Source of the DNA: Podarcis erhardii
Taxonomy: Eukaryota
Assembly (NCBI GenBank): GCA_964252035.1
Contig: OZ176209.1
Length of the DNA stretch: 64,000 bases
Reading direction: 5' to 3' (one strand)
The notes beneath the pieces were generated by a model. It searched no databases, was not told the DNA's origin, and was given only the letters and a program-made list of their open reading frames with translations. Made by a program: the position numbers and the translations under genes. Below, in pieces: positions 12,471-24,388 of this stretch (positions within the stretch are counted from its first letter, which is position 1; each line of letters opens with the position of its first letter).

Positions 12471-13737
12471 ACTCTTTCCCAGGATGATGAGGAACCAGTT
12501 TTCATTGATTCTCACTTACTTACTACAACCATCTGCACCATATCCAATACTGCTCAAGTTCTCATGGAGTTTTTGGGATGTGCAGGGATCTGCAGATAAT
12601 GGGAGGACTGGCATAAAAAAATGTGTCCTGCTTTCTGCTTATGTAAGGTCACCATATAAATGGTGTAAATGTCATTATGACACTTCTGTCCTTTTTTATC
12701 ACAGCAACTGATGATGGTGATGATGATGATTTTGTGGGGGGAAAGGGTAAGTTGTGCAATACTGCCAAATCAACTGTAATTCTGCAATCTGAATTTGCTG
12801 GTACATGACTGAATCCCAGCCAAAAATGTTAACTGTCTAGAAACGTCCTGTGTTCGTGCTCTTAAGGCTGCAATCCTATCCACACTTACCCAGGAGCAAT
12901 CCCCACTGAATTCAATAGGACTGACTTCTCAGTAGATATACTTAGGCTTGAACTGTATGGCTATGTACATGCATATGTATCCATGTTTTATGATGTGCTA
13001 ACAATTCAAGAATACCCAGTTATGGTTTGCAAACTGCATTTTTGGTAACTGCAGTTGGCTGTTGTGTCTGACTTCACAAGCCATTGACAAGCCACTGTTA
13101 TGGACATAGTTTGGCTCTAGGAGGCTGTTACACCACAGAGAAAGGAGTGTGCGAGAACTTGTGAAGGTTAATGCTGAGTCGATGGAAAATAACAGCAGGC
13201 CAAGCAGCCATGATTTGTTTATGTTGGATGCTCGTATCGTGCTGTGGGTTCTTAATTATTGTTTGAATGAATCATGATTTGGCATGATGTCTGAATTGAT
13301 CCTATGTCTTAAAAATGTGTTTACATCTAAAATAAGAGAGTATTGGGGGCACAGCCTTTTTTGTTTTCTGCATATGAGCTAGAATCAGTGCTTTATTTGA
13401 TTAACTTGCTGGCAGTAATCAGAGCAGATGCAGGAATATTGACTCCTAATCAGTGGATGGGAAGTCCTCTCTGCCAGGTAATTTTTCTGTGTGATGAACC
13501 ATCACTATACTATGGCGTGGCATGCCAAAGATAAGTCTTGGGGTATGCAGCTTTGTACTGCAGATAGAACACAGGTCCTCTCTGTGTTTCTGCCTGTGAC
13601 AGTCTCTGTCCTTTCTGCTCTTCATAGCGCAAGCAGTGCTTCAATGGGATGTAATAACCAAAGGGGATGTAGTGTGTACACTGCAAAAGCACTCCACTCC
13701 GCAAGTTATTCAGAATCAGACTGCAATTCTGTTCCAC

Positions 13738-13884
13738 CACAGACAGCTCAGTTGGTTAGAGCATGGTGCTGATAACACCAATGTTGGAGGTTTGATCCCC
13801 ATAAGGGACAGCTGCATTTTCCTGCATTGCAGGGGGTTGGATTAGATGATCCTCAGGGTCCCTTTCAACTCAATGATTCTAGAT
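13738..13884 (+). mobile_element. tRNA-Ile-derived SINE with CR1 3' tail
   Basis: Head agctcagttggttagagcatggtgctgataacaccaatgttggaggtttgatcccc resembles tRNA-Ile; tail gggttggattagatgatcctcagggtccctttcaactc is a CR1 3' end. Confidence 0.85.
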
Positions 13885-14070
13885 TTTTCTGCAAAATATA
13901 TTGTTGTGGACCCAGCCACAGTCAGGACCCATGAGACAAGGTGAGACAAGGCAGCTGCCTCAGGCATCCTATGTTTAGGATTTGATCCTTGCATTGCACT
14001 CTATGAGTAAGTATTACACAGAAGAAGATCTCCTTGAACTCAGCAGGAGTTACTTCTGAAGAAGCATGTT

Positions 14071-14409
14071 TAAAGGTAAAGGGACCCTGACTGTTAGGTC
14101 CAGTCGCGGACGACTCTGGGGTTGCGGCACTCATCTCGCTTTATTGGCCGAGGGAGCCGGCGTACAGCTTCTGGGTCATGTGGCCAGCATGACTAAGCTG
14201 CTTCTGGCGAACCAGAGTAGCGCACGGAAACGCCGTTTACCTTCCTGCTGGAGTGGTACCTATTTATCTACTTGGACTTTGACATGCTTTCAAACTGCTA
14301 GGTTGGCAGGAGCTGGGACTGAGTGATGGGAGCTCACCCCGTCGCGGGGATTCGAAATGCCGACCTTCTGATCTGCAAGCCCTAGGCTCTGTGGTTTAAC
14401 CCACAGCGC
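14071..14409 (-). mobile_element. Sauria SINE
   Basis: taaaggtaaagggaccc tail, diagnostic body, head ending cccacagcgc. Confidence 0.93.
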
Positions 14410-15619
14410 TTGCACTAATACTGGGGAACTCTCTAAGATTTTAAGCATCCTTTAGTGCCATTTATAGTATATTAGATTTAGGGGTTGCTACTAATTTTGG
14501 CAAAGAAGTGCACATTATTGTCATCTCCAAACCTCAAAAGGATTTAAGTGAGGCATTTTATATTGCTCCATGGCATTACTGATTCAGGATACAGAAATAT
14601 TTGTGGTAATCCTGGTTGCCAGGTTAAGTCAAATACTGTAATAGCATGAATACTAAACTGGGTATTTGTCTTCTTGACAAATTTCAGATTCCACTTCTTG
14701 CCCTTAAAAAAGAAAAGATCACAGTAGCACCAAACCTTAACAGCCACCTGTAATAACATCCCTTAATGCTCATGATGCTTTCGATCAAATGGTCTTCTTT
14801 TCGTTATGATCTAAGATGGGCACATATACCTTTCCACTCGTTAAAAATGATAACAGTAGAACTGTGCTACACCAATGAAGGCACCCATTCATCCAAATGC
14901 ACAATTACACTTTATTTCTCTTTGCAGAGGAGCCAAGCAAATACATTTCCTGCCTTCCTCTTTTATACTCAGAATTTCTGTGTAATTTCTTGCCCAGGTA
15001 ATTTAAACCAATGATTTAATTAAGAGTGTGACAATAAGCAACACTTCTAAGGTTAATTATTAACAGGGCATTTATTTATTTTTTGCAAGTATTTACAAAA
15101 GAGATCTGCAAAGACAGCCTCAATCACCCACACAAAACTAGCACAAAATGGAGCAGTAACTGGTCCGTGTATCAATTACACCAAAGTTGAACTTTGTCTA
15201 ATCAAATCCCAAGACCAACAGCATCTACAAAACAATTGTGTTATTCCCTAAGCTTTCTTAAACAAAAGCCCGAAGGAACTATTGGTTTTCTCATGAAACA
15301 TTTAAAATAAACCCTCTTTGTTTCAAATAAGGTGCTTTGGGTAGCTTCTTGATTTTCAGTTTCATTATGTGATATTTCAGCTTAAGCAATGAATATGGAT
15401 GATATATGTAGATTCTGCTTCAAATATATACCAGGTATAGTTTCACCTCTGGCTTCTCTATCATTCCTCACATGGAGTTTATGCAATTTGGAGAACACCA
15501 GCAATCCATTTACTGTGGAAGTGACTGGAATTGAAACTATCATCTGCAGTCTCCCTCTCTCACTTATTTTTATGTGCAGTCCCCCCCTCCCTGTTTTTTT
15601 TTAATATAAAAAGACATAT

Positions 15620-16590
15620 TTTGTGAAGTTGCAGCTTGAATCAGGTAGGCTTTATAGATATAAGAAATTTACTTGGGTGAACAAATCAAAATTACTTCAA
15701 GATCAGTTGGTAAATTGGTTCAAGGACACCAATTATGATAATTTTATCATTAACTCTGACTCACTAATTCAGACAACCCTCTTTTTATCTGCTTTTGGGC
15801 TATACATATTTCCCTGTTTCCAAGGGAGCAATGTCTCAGATTTATAAGAGATGTGGAAAATATTTGAGTTTCCTGGGAAACAGACATTAGCTTGGTGTCA
15901 GCTAAAAACAAATATTGATCAAAATGTGTTGTGTGAGACAATATGTGCTAAAACTAAGGAGGTTATGTTTAAAGTGCTACATGGATGGTACTTCATGTAA
16001 ATTAGAATTAGAAATTATGGATGTTCAGAAAGCTCCCTAGTAGGTGCTGGAGAGTCAGTGATGTTCTGGGGTTAATTGTGTTATATGTGGTGGACATGCA
16101 ATGTTGTTGCTTCATATTTTGGCATCTGACTTCCGCCGGGAAACATCCAGGATTGCTAACCAAACCACAGCAGTTGATCCTGGAATGACTCTTTCAAACT
16201 TTGTCTTAGATGATCTTCAAGATGTATTTCATAAGGCCTCTGTTGATACTCCCTCCTTCATGCACCCTTCATACGCCTTCATGCACCCTTTATATGCTCT
16301 AGTTACCTAGTTCTTTTGATATCAAATTCTATGTTTGTGCAGTGATCATCCTTCAGAGTTCCTAATTTATTGCTAGCATCATCCAGTAATCCAGTAGTGT
16401 TTAGTGTATGATCAGAGATCATACACTAAACACTACTTAAGATCAGGGTGACATGTGTCTCTTCATTAGCTCTACATAGCCAATATTATAGTTTATTATC
16501 TTTGAGAATGTGGTCTTCTTCCTTTTCTATTACATTGTTTATGTTTTGTTTTGTTTTTGTACCTTTAAAAATGCATTTCTCAATAAAAAT
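15620..16590 (+). mobile_element. Degraded L1 LINE 3' end
   Basis: MFKVLHGWY (15965), SRCWR (16039) and YMWWTC (16082) match the L1 ORF2 C-terminal cysteine-rich region; T-rich 3' UTR ending caataaaaat. Confidence 0.75.
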
Positions 16591-17246
16591 GTTTTGTTTG
16601 TTTTTTTAAAGGAGGGCACCTAACAGAGTACATGTGTGCACTGTTGCATAGATTCTGAGAAAAGAATCTGGTTGTAGGAGATGTTTATAAAATAATTAAT
16701 AATAAAATAATTAAATCAAGAGCAAGATGTTGCAGGCATTAGAGAATATCTGTCAGGTTAAAGCTGTATTACACGCAACTCTCACATCGTTCTTGTAATG
16801 GAAAAATGGATTGCACTTCAGAGATGTTCTGCTATTGCAAGTGAGGTAATCAGCTACAGATACAGCATATATTGTCCAGGCTAACTTGGCTATCGGCTGA
16901 CTCATAAAGAATGATGTGACTGACATCAGCTGTTTAATAAGCCCAAGTATCCAACAGAAGAGAAGTGGGCAGAGAGGAAGGTGAGAGAAGCCACAAGGGA
17001 AAAGCAGATAAAGAGCTGTTTTTCTTGGAACAGAGTTTGCCTGACTGTGGAACTAAATCAAGCATATGATCTCATTTCTTGTTGATACCACATTACAAAA
17101 TACAGGTTTGCAGTAGGTCAGTACTATGCCATCTTTGGCAAAGCAATATGTCATGTACGTCTCTCCTTGAGAGATAACAAGGTGGAATACTAAATGGCAA
17201 TGCCATTTAAATTTAAAACAATAAAATTATAAGTAAAAAAGAGATA

Positions 17247-17506
17247 CCGTTTTTTTTGCTCTATAAGACTCACTTTTTCCCTCCTAAAAAGTAAGGGGAA
17301 ATGTGTGTGCGTCTTATGGAGTGAATGCAGGCTGCACAGCTATCACAGGAGCCAGAACAGCAAGAGGGATTGCTGCTTTCACTGCGCAAACGATCCCTCT
17401 TGCTGTTCTGGCTTCTGAGATTCAGAATATTTTTTTTCTTGTTTTCCTCCTCCAAAAACTAGGTGCGTCTTGTGGTCTGGTGCGTCTTATAGAGCGAAAA
17501 ATACGG
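17247..17506. mobile_element. Tc1/mariner-type MITE
   Basis: TIRs ccgtttttttt-gctctataagactcac / gtgcgtcttatagagcgaaaaatacgg; TA TSD. Confidence 0.88.
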
Positions 17507-17614
17507 TAATTATGCTGATTTCTTGTACCACTGCCCCAGATATGCGAAACTGGGTCTTGATTTTTTAAAAATGATTTCCTATTAATGAATATACAAGTCA
17601 TCATCATCATCATC

Positions 17615-17905
17615 ATTTATTATTTATACCCCACCCATCTGGCTGGGTTTCCCCAGCCACTCTGGGTGGCTTCCAACAAAATATTAAAATGCAATAGTCT
17701 GTTAAACATTAAAAGCTGCCCTAAACAGGGCTGCCTTCAGATGTCTTCTAAAAGTCTGGTAGTTGTTTTTCTCTTTGACATCTGGTAGGTGCCACTACTG
17801 AGAAGGCCCTCTGCCTGGTTCCCTGTAACTTGGCTTCTCTCAGCGAGGGAACCACCAGAAGGCCCTTGGTGCTGGACCTCAGTGTTCGGGCAGAACGATG
17901 GGGGT
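17615..17905 (-). mobile_element. L2 LINE 3' end
   Basis: Minus-strand PHRSARTLRSSTKGLLVVPSLREAKLQGTRQRAFSVVAP (L2 ORF2 C-terminus) followed by the L2 3' hairpin and ataaataataaat tail. Confidence 0.9.
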
Positions 17906-19659
17906 GATGATAAGCAATACATTTACTTTGTTCAATAGAACTAAATGGGATCCTATGAGAACCCAGCCAGCCCAATCTGCCTTTCCAACTTATCTACATA
18001 GACCCTTGGTCAGGATAGCTCCATTCTTTATTTGTAAAGCTCCATCCCGGAGTCCATCTCTCAGCCATACCACAGGGTGACAGCACCCAAGAACTGGCTG
18101 TCCTACATTACTGTTGCTATAGCAATTCTCAGCCTATTGTTAGTTGCCACATCAGTATCTGCTGAGTTTTCAAGGGGTCTTCACACTCAACCAGAATCTG
18201 TCTTCCTCTGGGGAAAACGAGGCATGGCAAAGTCTGCAGCATCTTTGAAATATGATTAATGTACACTGGAAATTTTCCATAGAGAGAGATTTCACAGTAT
18301 CTGCATCTCATGAGGACCCTATCCTTCACACCACCCCAGCAATGAATTCCCAGACATCTCTGTCCCTTCAGTCAGACTTCCAAGATGGTTCTGGCCTTCA
18401 CAGCAGCTCATGGAGATATTCCCCTTCCCCCCTCCTCTAAATTTTAAAAGGACACATTTTTCCTGTGTGACATCATGCCTCCAATAACCTCTGCCTCCCA
18501 AACTCTTCTATTTACCCTCAGGCAGAGGGCCAATGACTGGCCATTGTCCGGTAACTGCACCTTGACGGCTCTTCCTAACAGGCAATTTCTTAGTTTCGCT
18601 TGCATGTTAAATTTAATATCCAGCATCTTCCCTTCAATACTCCAAGTATTATCTAAATTCTTCCATTCATTAATATCCAACATTCCCTAACTCTAGCAGT
18701 TATGGGTCCCCTTGCACCCCCAAACTCTTCTACACTGTTAATAATATGGTTCATTACAGTTCTTAATTACTCCTTTCAACAAAAGCCTAAGTGAGAGATG
18801 AGCCTGAGGGCTAGTGACTTGTTCAAAACCATTTGGGGCACTTCATAGCTAAAGAGCGACTTGACCTTGGTTCTGCCGTCAAGCAAGCCAAATCTTTGTC
18901 CAGTGCAACACGCCATATTTCAAACACACTGTTTCAAGCATTACCTCTTTGGTTGCTTGGAGGCTTATTGGGCCTGATCTGATTACGCAATAACCTGTGT
19001 TGTATCACCAGACACAGATATGTTTATTATACAGAATGGCACTATTAACTTTGTAGTCAGAAAGATTCATGCAAATACCTTCAAACCAGAGCTGCACATT
19101 ATAAATGGTATATCATGTGCCCAATTAACTTAGCAATACAAACAATTTCCTCGGTTTCCCGGGAGAGACCTCTTTATTCCATACTTTTAAAAAGCAAGGT
19201 TTGTATCTTGCCTGTGTTGGTTTTCTGTTAAATTCACATTTCATTGAATTAATTGTATGGTTGGGCTTTTGGATTAATAGACAACTGTACTGGTGAAAAT
19301 CCTTCTTTCCTGAAACAAGCATATTGTAATAAGAACATATGTGATAGTCTTGTATCTGGCCTTGAGAAAGTTTGCAGTACAATTTTATTTCTCCCACCAC
19401 CTTTTTTTAAAAAATAGAACATTCTGTGTAATATTTAACAGAAGGAATTCTGAAGACAATGTTAGAATTGCTTTTTCTTTTTGAAAATAGTTTTATTGAA
19501 TTTCTTATATAATAGTGTATCAGTATTACATCACTTTGCCAACCTTGTGCATTCTGGATGGTGCTGATGGGAATTGTTATCCAAAACATCTGGAAGGTGA
19601 TTGATGAAGGCTGTTTTACTAGCTTAGGTTGCAATCCTAACCCTGCTTGCCTGGAAGTA

Positions 19660-19841
19660 CCTTATTTACTCGAGTCTAATGCACCATCGAATCTAATGCG
19701 CACCTCAATTTTCAGAACCTTGAAACCAAAAATGTATTTGCTGATGAATGTAAATGTGTCACCAAATCTAACGCACACCTTAATTTTTGCAAAGTAATTT
19801 GGCAAAAAAAAAAGGTGAGCATTAGATTTGAATAAATCCAG
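19660..19841. mobile_element. Tigger-like MITE nested in a short palindromic element
   Basis: TIRs ccttatttactcgagtctaatgc / gcattagatttgaataaatccag; TA TSD; flanks rejoin as ggttgcaatcctaaccc...gggttaggattg. Confidence 0.8.
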
Positions 19842-21711
19842 TAATTCTATGGGACTTACTTCACAGTAGACAGGGTTAGGATTGTGTTAGGACATAACCT
19901 AGAATTACTGTTCCCCTGAAGAGGATAAAACTGCTCTTACTTCTGTCATCTGAAGAGCAACCTGACTGCCTTTGTTCATTAAGCTATTTAAAAGTGTATA
20001 CTTTTAGTATTTTGCTTGTTTCTATGTTACTTATTTAGATATCAGTGGCAAACGGATCTGACACATTTGGTGCGTTGTTAGAGTAAGCAGTTATTCAGTG
20101 AAGCAGAAAATCAAATAAATTGTAGCACACTGAATTATTCATATAATTTATCTGCTGACTTGAGAGATAATTACTATTGCCGGAAGAACGATTGCCAGTT
20201 TGGTGTGATATAACATGGTATCGTCTAATGAAAACGGACAGAAATGGGATTTCACCCCCTCTTCAATCTAAGAATAAAAGTTATGAATAAAGGCTGGGTA
20301 TTTTTTTACTGGTTTTTTTTTAAAGTATTGGGGCTTGTTCTCTTAATGAGCTGTAACTGGAGTTGTTTGGCTGTGATGTCAATGTCAATCAAAGCTTTTG
20401 CTTGGAGCACAAACTACCATCTGCTCCTCTTGCAGCAGACATGAGCAACTGTCTCTCCGACATAATAGAAGCAAGCGTCAAACCCATTCAAAGAAAGAAA
20501 AACAAAAACAATAGTATCTTGCCGAGGAGGGTGGGGCAGGCATGGAAGACCTATATTTTAACATACATAGAGGTTGAATGAGGCACTGCTTGGCTAGCTT
20601 CCCAGATGCTCCAAATACTCTAATGAAAACCATACAACTTATTTAGAAAGCCAGAACCAATTTCTTGTACTGTGACCCTTTCCAACTTCCATGTGATATT
20701 CCATTGTTGTTGGGTTTGGTTTTTTGCATGCATGCATATGAACATTACACAGAAAGAGTAGCCCTAATTGGGTGCTTTTCTCTACATATGTGTAACATCA
20801 TGTGGAGACATAATAGGGCCACGTGCAAGAGCCCACTCTGTTGTTCTATTCCCTTCTGGCTGTACCTCATGCTGGGGGAAGATCTGGAGAGGAAAGCCTG
20901 CGGAACATTAATTGGCTGCCTGTCTGATTGGTGCTCAACAGGCTTCCGCATTCAAGCCACCCCAAAATGTGTGAACTGCAAGAGGGTGAAGCCATCCAGG
21001 AATGTAGCAGCTTTCTCTCTTGGGATGGGTGCTGGACTTTGAGGCACAGAGCTGATATTGGGCCCTGCCACTGTCCTTCCCCAACTAGGGCAGGGCAGGG
21101 CACAGCTGAGCTTGGTCCTACTAGAATGTGACATTCGCTGCTGGGGAAAAAATATATCTGAGGCTCCCATAGTGAATGACAGCACAGTTGGGTCAGGCCA
21201 CTCTATAGCCCTTGGCCAGTGCCTGACTTGCTTGCTAGTTTGTGCTGAATCTGAACTCTCCGTGCAGTGTTACTTGGGTGGAGACCAAAAGCTTTGCTTA
21301 GAGCCTGAGGGATTAAGCGATGCATGAGGATGGGTTCCTAGATCTGGTACTCTCCAGATCCTGTGTTGGTGCTGTGTTTTGCTTACTGTACCACTGTGGT
21401 TTGTTTTGATTTCTCTCCCACCCAATGCTGAGCTGCCGGACTGCAAATAATAGGGTGGTGGTGTCACAAGGGAAGGAATCTGCCACTTGGGATATTCTAG
21501 CATCACTATTTGCTCTGTTTTTATAACCACTAAAAGACCACTGGGAGCTGATGCTTCCAGAAATATGAACTGGAACCTTAGAACCCAATCCTATCCAAAT
21601 TTGCTCAAAAGTAAAGTCCCTCTGAATTTAGTGAGAACTTGCTCCCAAATTTGTCCATGGGATTGCTGTAGTCTTAGTGTGACAGTCATTTTATTGACAT
21701 CCCAGTTGCAG

Positions 21712-22480
21712 TGTGGCCATGTTGGCACCTATTTGGAGGGCTGGAAGCACATCAGAGCATATTTTCCACCCACTGATCCTTGATTGGCTAACTAGGCTTG
21801 GCTCCAGAAGTTCTCTAGCCCTATAGCAACAGAACCAAAATGAAAGTCGATGAATGAGGCAAGAACTAGCAAGTTCTTTTTGAAACTTTGTCTGTGTGCT
21901 GCAACAGCCAGAATTTTAAGATGTCACAAGGGCCTGAAAACTGGAAACAAGATTATTTAGACAAAACCAAACTAGGCCATGTTGATGCTCCCCTGAAATA
22001 GTTAAAGGCAGTAGAGAAAAAGCAAAACTGAGATGAATAGGCTGAGACAGATTTTCTAATCTGAGCAAACAAATCAACATTTACTGGGAAGTAACCAATG
22101 CTCAGGGGGATATGCATTGCAGGGGGAGGGGATGTCTTCACCCTTCTGCCATGCCTGAAAATGCTGGGGGGGGCGGGGAGACAGTCAACCTTGGAACTGA
22201 TGCTGAAAAACAAACCGAGAGACCTGACTTGCTCTCTGTGTGCGTTTCTTTGCTATAGCACCATGGAGCTCCTTTAAAAAACTAACGAGGCAGCCAGATC
22301 TGTGGGAATATTAACAATGGGAACCTTCCACCTTATTCTCAGGCCTGCACATATGTATAAATAAACCTTATGTCAGAGGAAAAGCCAGCGGCTTTTAGTG
22401 GCCTTCATTCCAAGGAAACCAAAGCCAAGGTATGTATTGGCATCCCTGAGATATTTTTCCATGTGGAGACTGGAGTGCAT
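21712..22480 (+). mobile_element. Possible degraded solo LTR
   Basis: TG start, LTR-like composition, aataaa near 22360; no TSD found and boundaries are uncertain. Confidence 0.3.
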
Positions 22481-24077
22481 GTAAGAAGCACCATTTGTTT
22501 AGAAGCACGACAGCTCTGGGATGTTGGAAGAGGGGTTTTCATGGGATGATGTGAGGTTTCTTGAGAACTTTATGCAGGTGGGAAGGCTGCCAGCACAAGA
22601 GTCTTGGCCACCTGATGGTTGGGGCCATTTTGGCCTGTGAACTTCCCACCCACCCTTGGTACTAGTGCTTCATTGGGCCCTTGGGTTGGTGGTTGACAAG
22701 GCTGGAAAGGAATTTTACTCCCTATCTCAATTGACTCTGGGCTGGGAGTTTTCCTTCCCTGATCTTCATAACTTTTGTTAGGTGTCCATAAACGTGCAGC
22801 ATGACTTTGGGCAGAGTGGCATTAGTCAGGATTAAACATAAGAGGATCCCCGCAAGCAGTCTTGTGGAGTAAAACATGGTGTGGTGTAGCCACTTCTGGA
22901 GAAAAATAAATCAGAATCAATGGAATCTTATGGTGGTTTGATCATAGAGCTTTTCATACTTTTTTCCATAAAAGAATATTGCATCGACTGGAACTTTCTA
23001 GGACTGATGGTAACTATGGCTATCGCCAAATATTCCATCTAGGCCTTCATCGGCTCCATTTACAGAGAATCATATAAGCATTATTTCTCAAGCCAGTAAT
23101 TAAAAAAAATCCTCTTGATCTGCTGGGATGGCAGGATGTACTCATGCCCTGGTTAAAACCTATAAAACTCCTTAAATAAACAGAAAAAAGTTGAGGATAT
23201 CGCAGCGATTTTCCTCGTAGATGCTTTCTTATGGCAACATAATCCTGTTACATTAAACAAACTCTCCAAATTGACTGTAATATAAACAGAGAGCTTTTCT
23301 CTTCATTTACGTTAATCTTATTCAGTTGCTGACTTTTCACACTAATGTGAACAAAAGGATAAAGAATTTTTAAAACCTGCTCAAGGAAAAATGACAGACT
23401 GCGGACTCTTCTCCTTTACTCCTGGGCAGTGTGTATAGCAGGGCAGTTTCAGGATCTACGTTGCTTTTTGCTAGTTCCACCAACAAAAGCCAGGTGCAAA
23501 ATACGGGGGACAGGCAGACATTAAGGAATAGGGTGCCTCTGAGCACAAGGTCAGTCCAAGAATATGTACCCAAGCAAACTAATGGGGGAAAGCAGCTTTT
23601 TAGTAGCTGGTATTGCTAGACAATTGGAAATCAGAAACCCTTGCCAATATGCTATAATTCTCTCAGAGATCTAGCACCATATCCTGATCCATCCTCTCCC
23701 CATCCATAATAAGCCAAGTGCCCCTGATTGCGAGGGACACCTGTGAATTTAATAAAATTTCAGTGTATTTTTGGAAAATCCATTCAATGTATTTTATTAA
23801 TTAAGATGCTATAATTGAAGCTGTGGGTGCAAACCTGTGCAGAATTATGTTTGTGTAATACCAACTAAACTCAGTAAGGCATACTATGCATGTTTACTCA
23901 AAAGTACTATTAAGATGGAACCTCAATCCCTTTGTTTTTAGTGGAGCAGGATTGCATTCGCACAGGGTTGCCAGCTTGGCACTTACGGGGGGTACTATAG
24001 TGCTTGCGAAGGCTTTCACTGGTGCCCATGAGCTGGTGACTGGATCTTTCTTTCTTTCGTAATTGAAACAAAACAAA

Positions 24078-24170
24078 ATAAAATAAAATTCCTTCCAGTA
24101 GCACCTTAGAGACCAACTAAGTTTGTTATTGGTATGAGCTTTTGTGTGCATGCACACTTCTTCAGATAAC
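24078..24170 (-). mobile_element. Penelope-like element terminal fragment with hammerhead-like motif
   Basis: Minus strand ctgaagaagtgtgcatgcacacaaaagctcataccaataacaaacttagttggtctctaaggtgctactgg; shares the tail with 44896-45008. Confidence 0.8.
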
Positions 24171-24330
24171 TTTCTTTTGTAATTTAGCTTTCTGAGAAAT
24201 AAATTTATGAAGCAAAATGTGCAGGAACCTTCTAAGTGATTTTTGTGAAAGGAGAAGGAATGTGATGTAGCCACCTTGAGGTTTACCCCCCTGGAACTGA
24301 GGAATGCTCTCTGCTACTATTAAACAGCAA

Positions 24331-24332
<2 letters not shown>

Positions 24333-24387
<55 letters not shown>

Positions 24388-24388
24388 T
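24333..24388. repeat. Compound microsatellite (CT)n(GT)n
   Basis: Seen directly. Confidence 0.97.

Noticed and set aside
13738-13810. Functional tRNA-Ile gene
   Set aside because: Acceptor and T stems are disrupted and it is fused to a CR1 tail, so it is a SINE
14928-14997. 70-nt exon-like segment
   Set aside because: Pyrimidine-rich intron-like content, frame-shifting length and no recognisable peptide
17906-18690. Cluster of short ORFs as a gene or viral insert
   Set aside because: Stops in all frames and no motif I recognise; possibly an old retroelement, left unassigned
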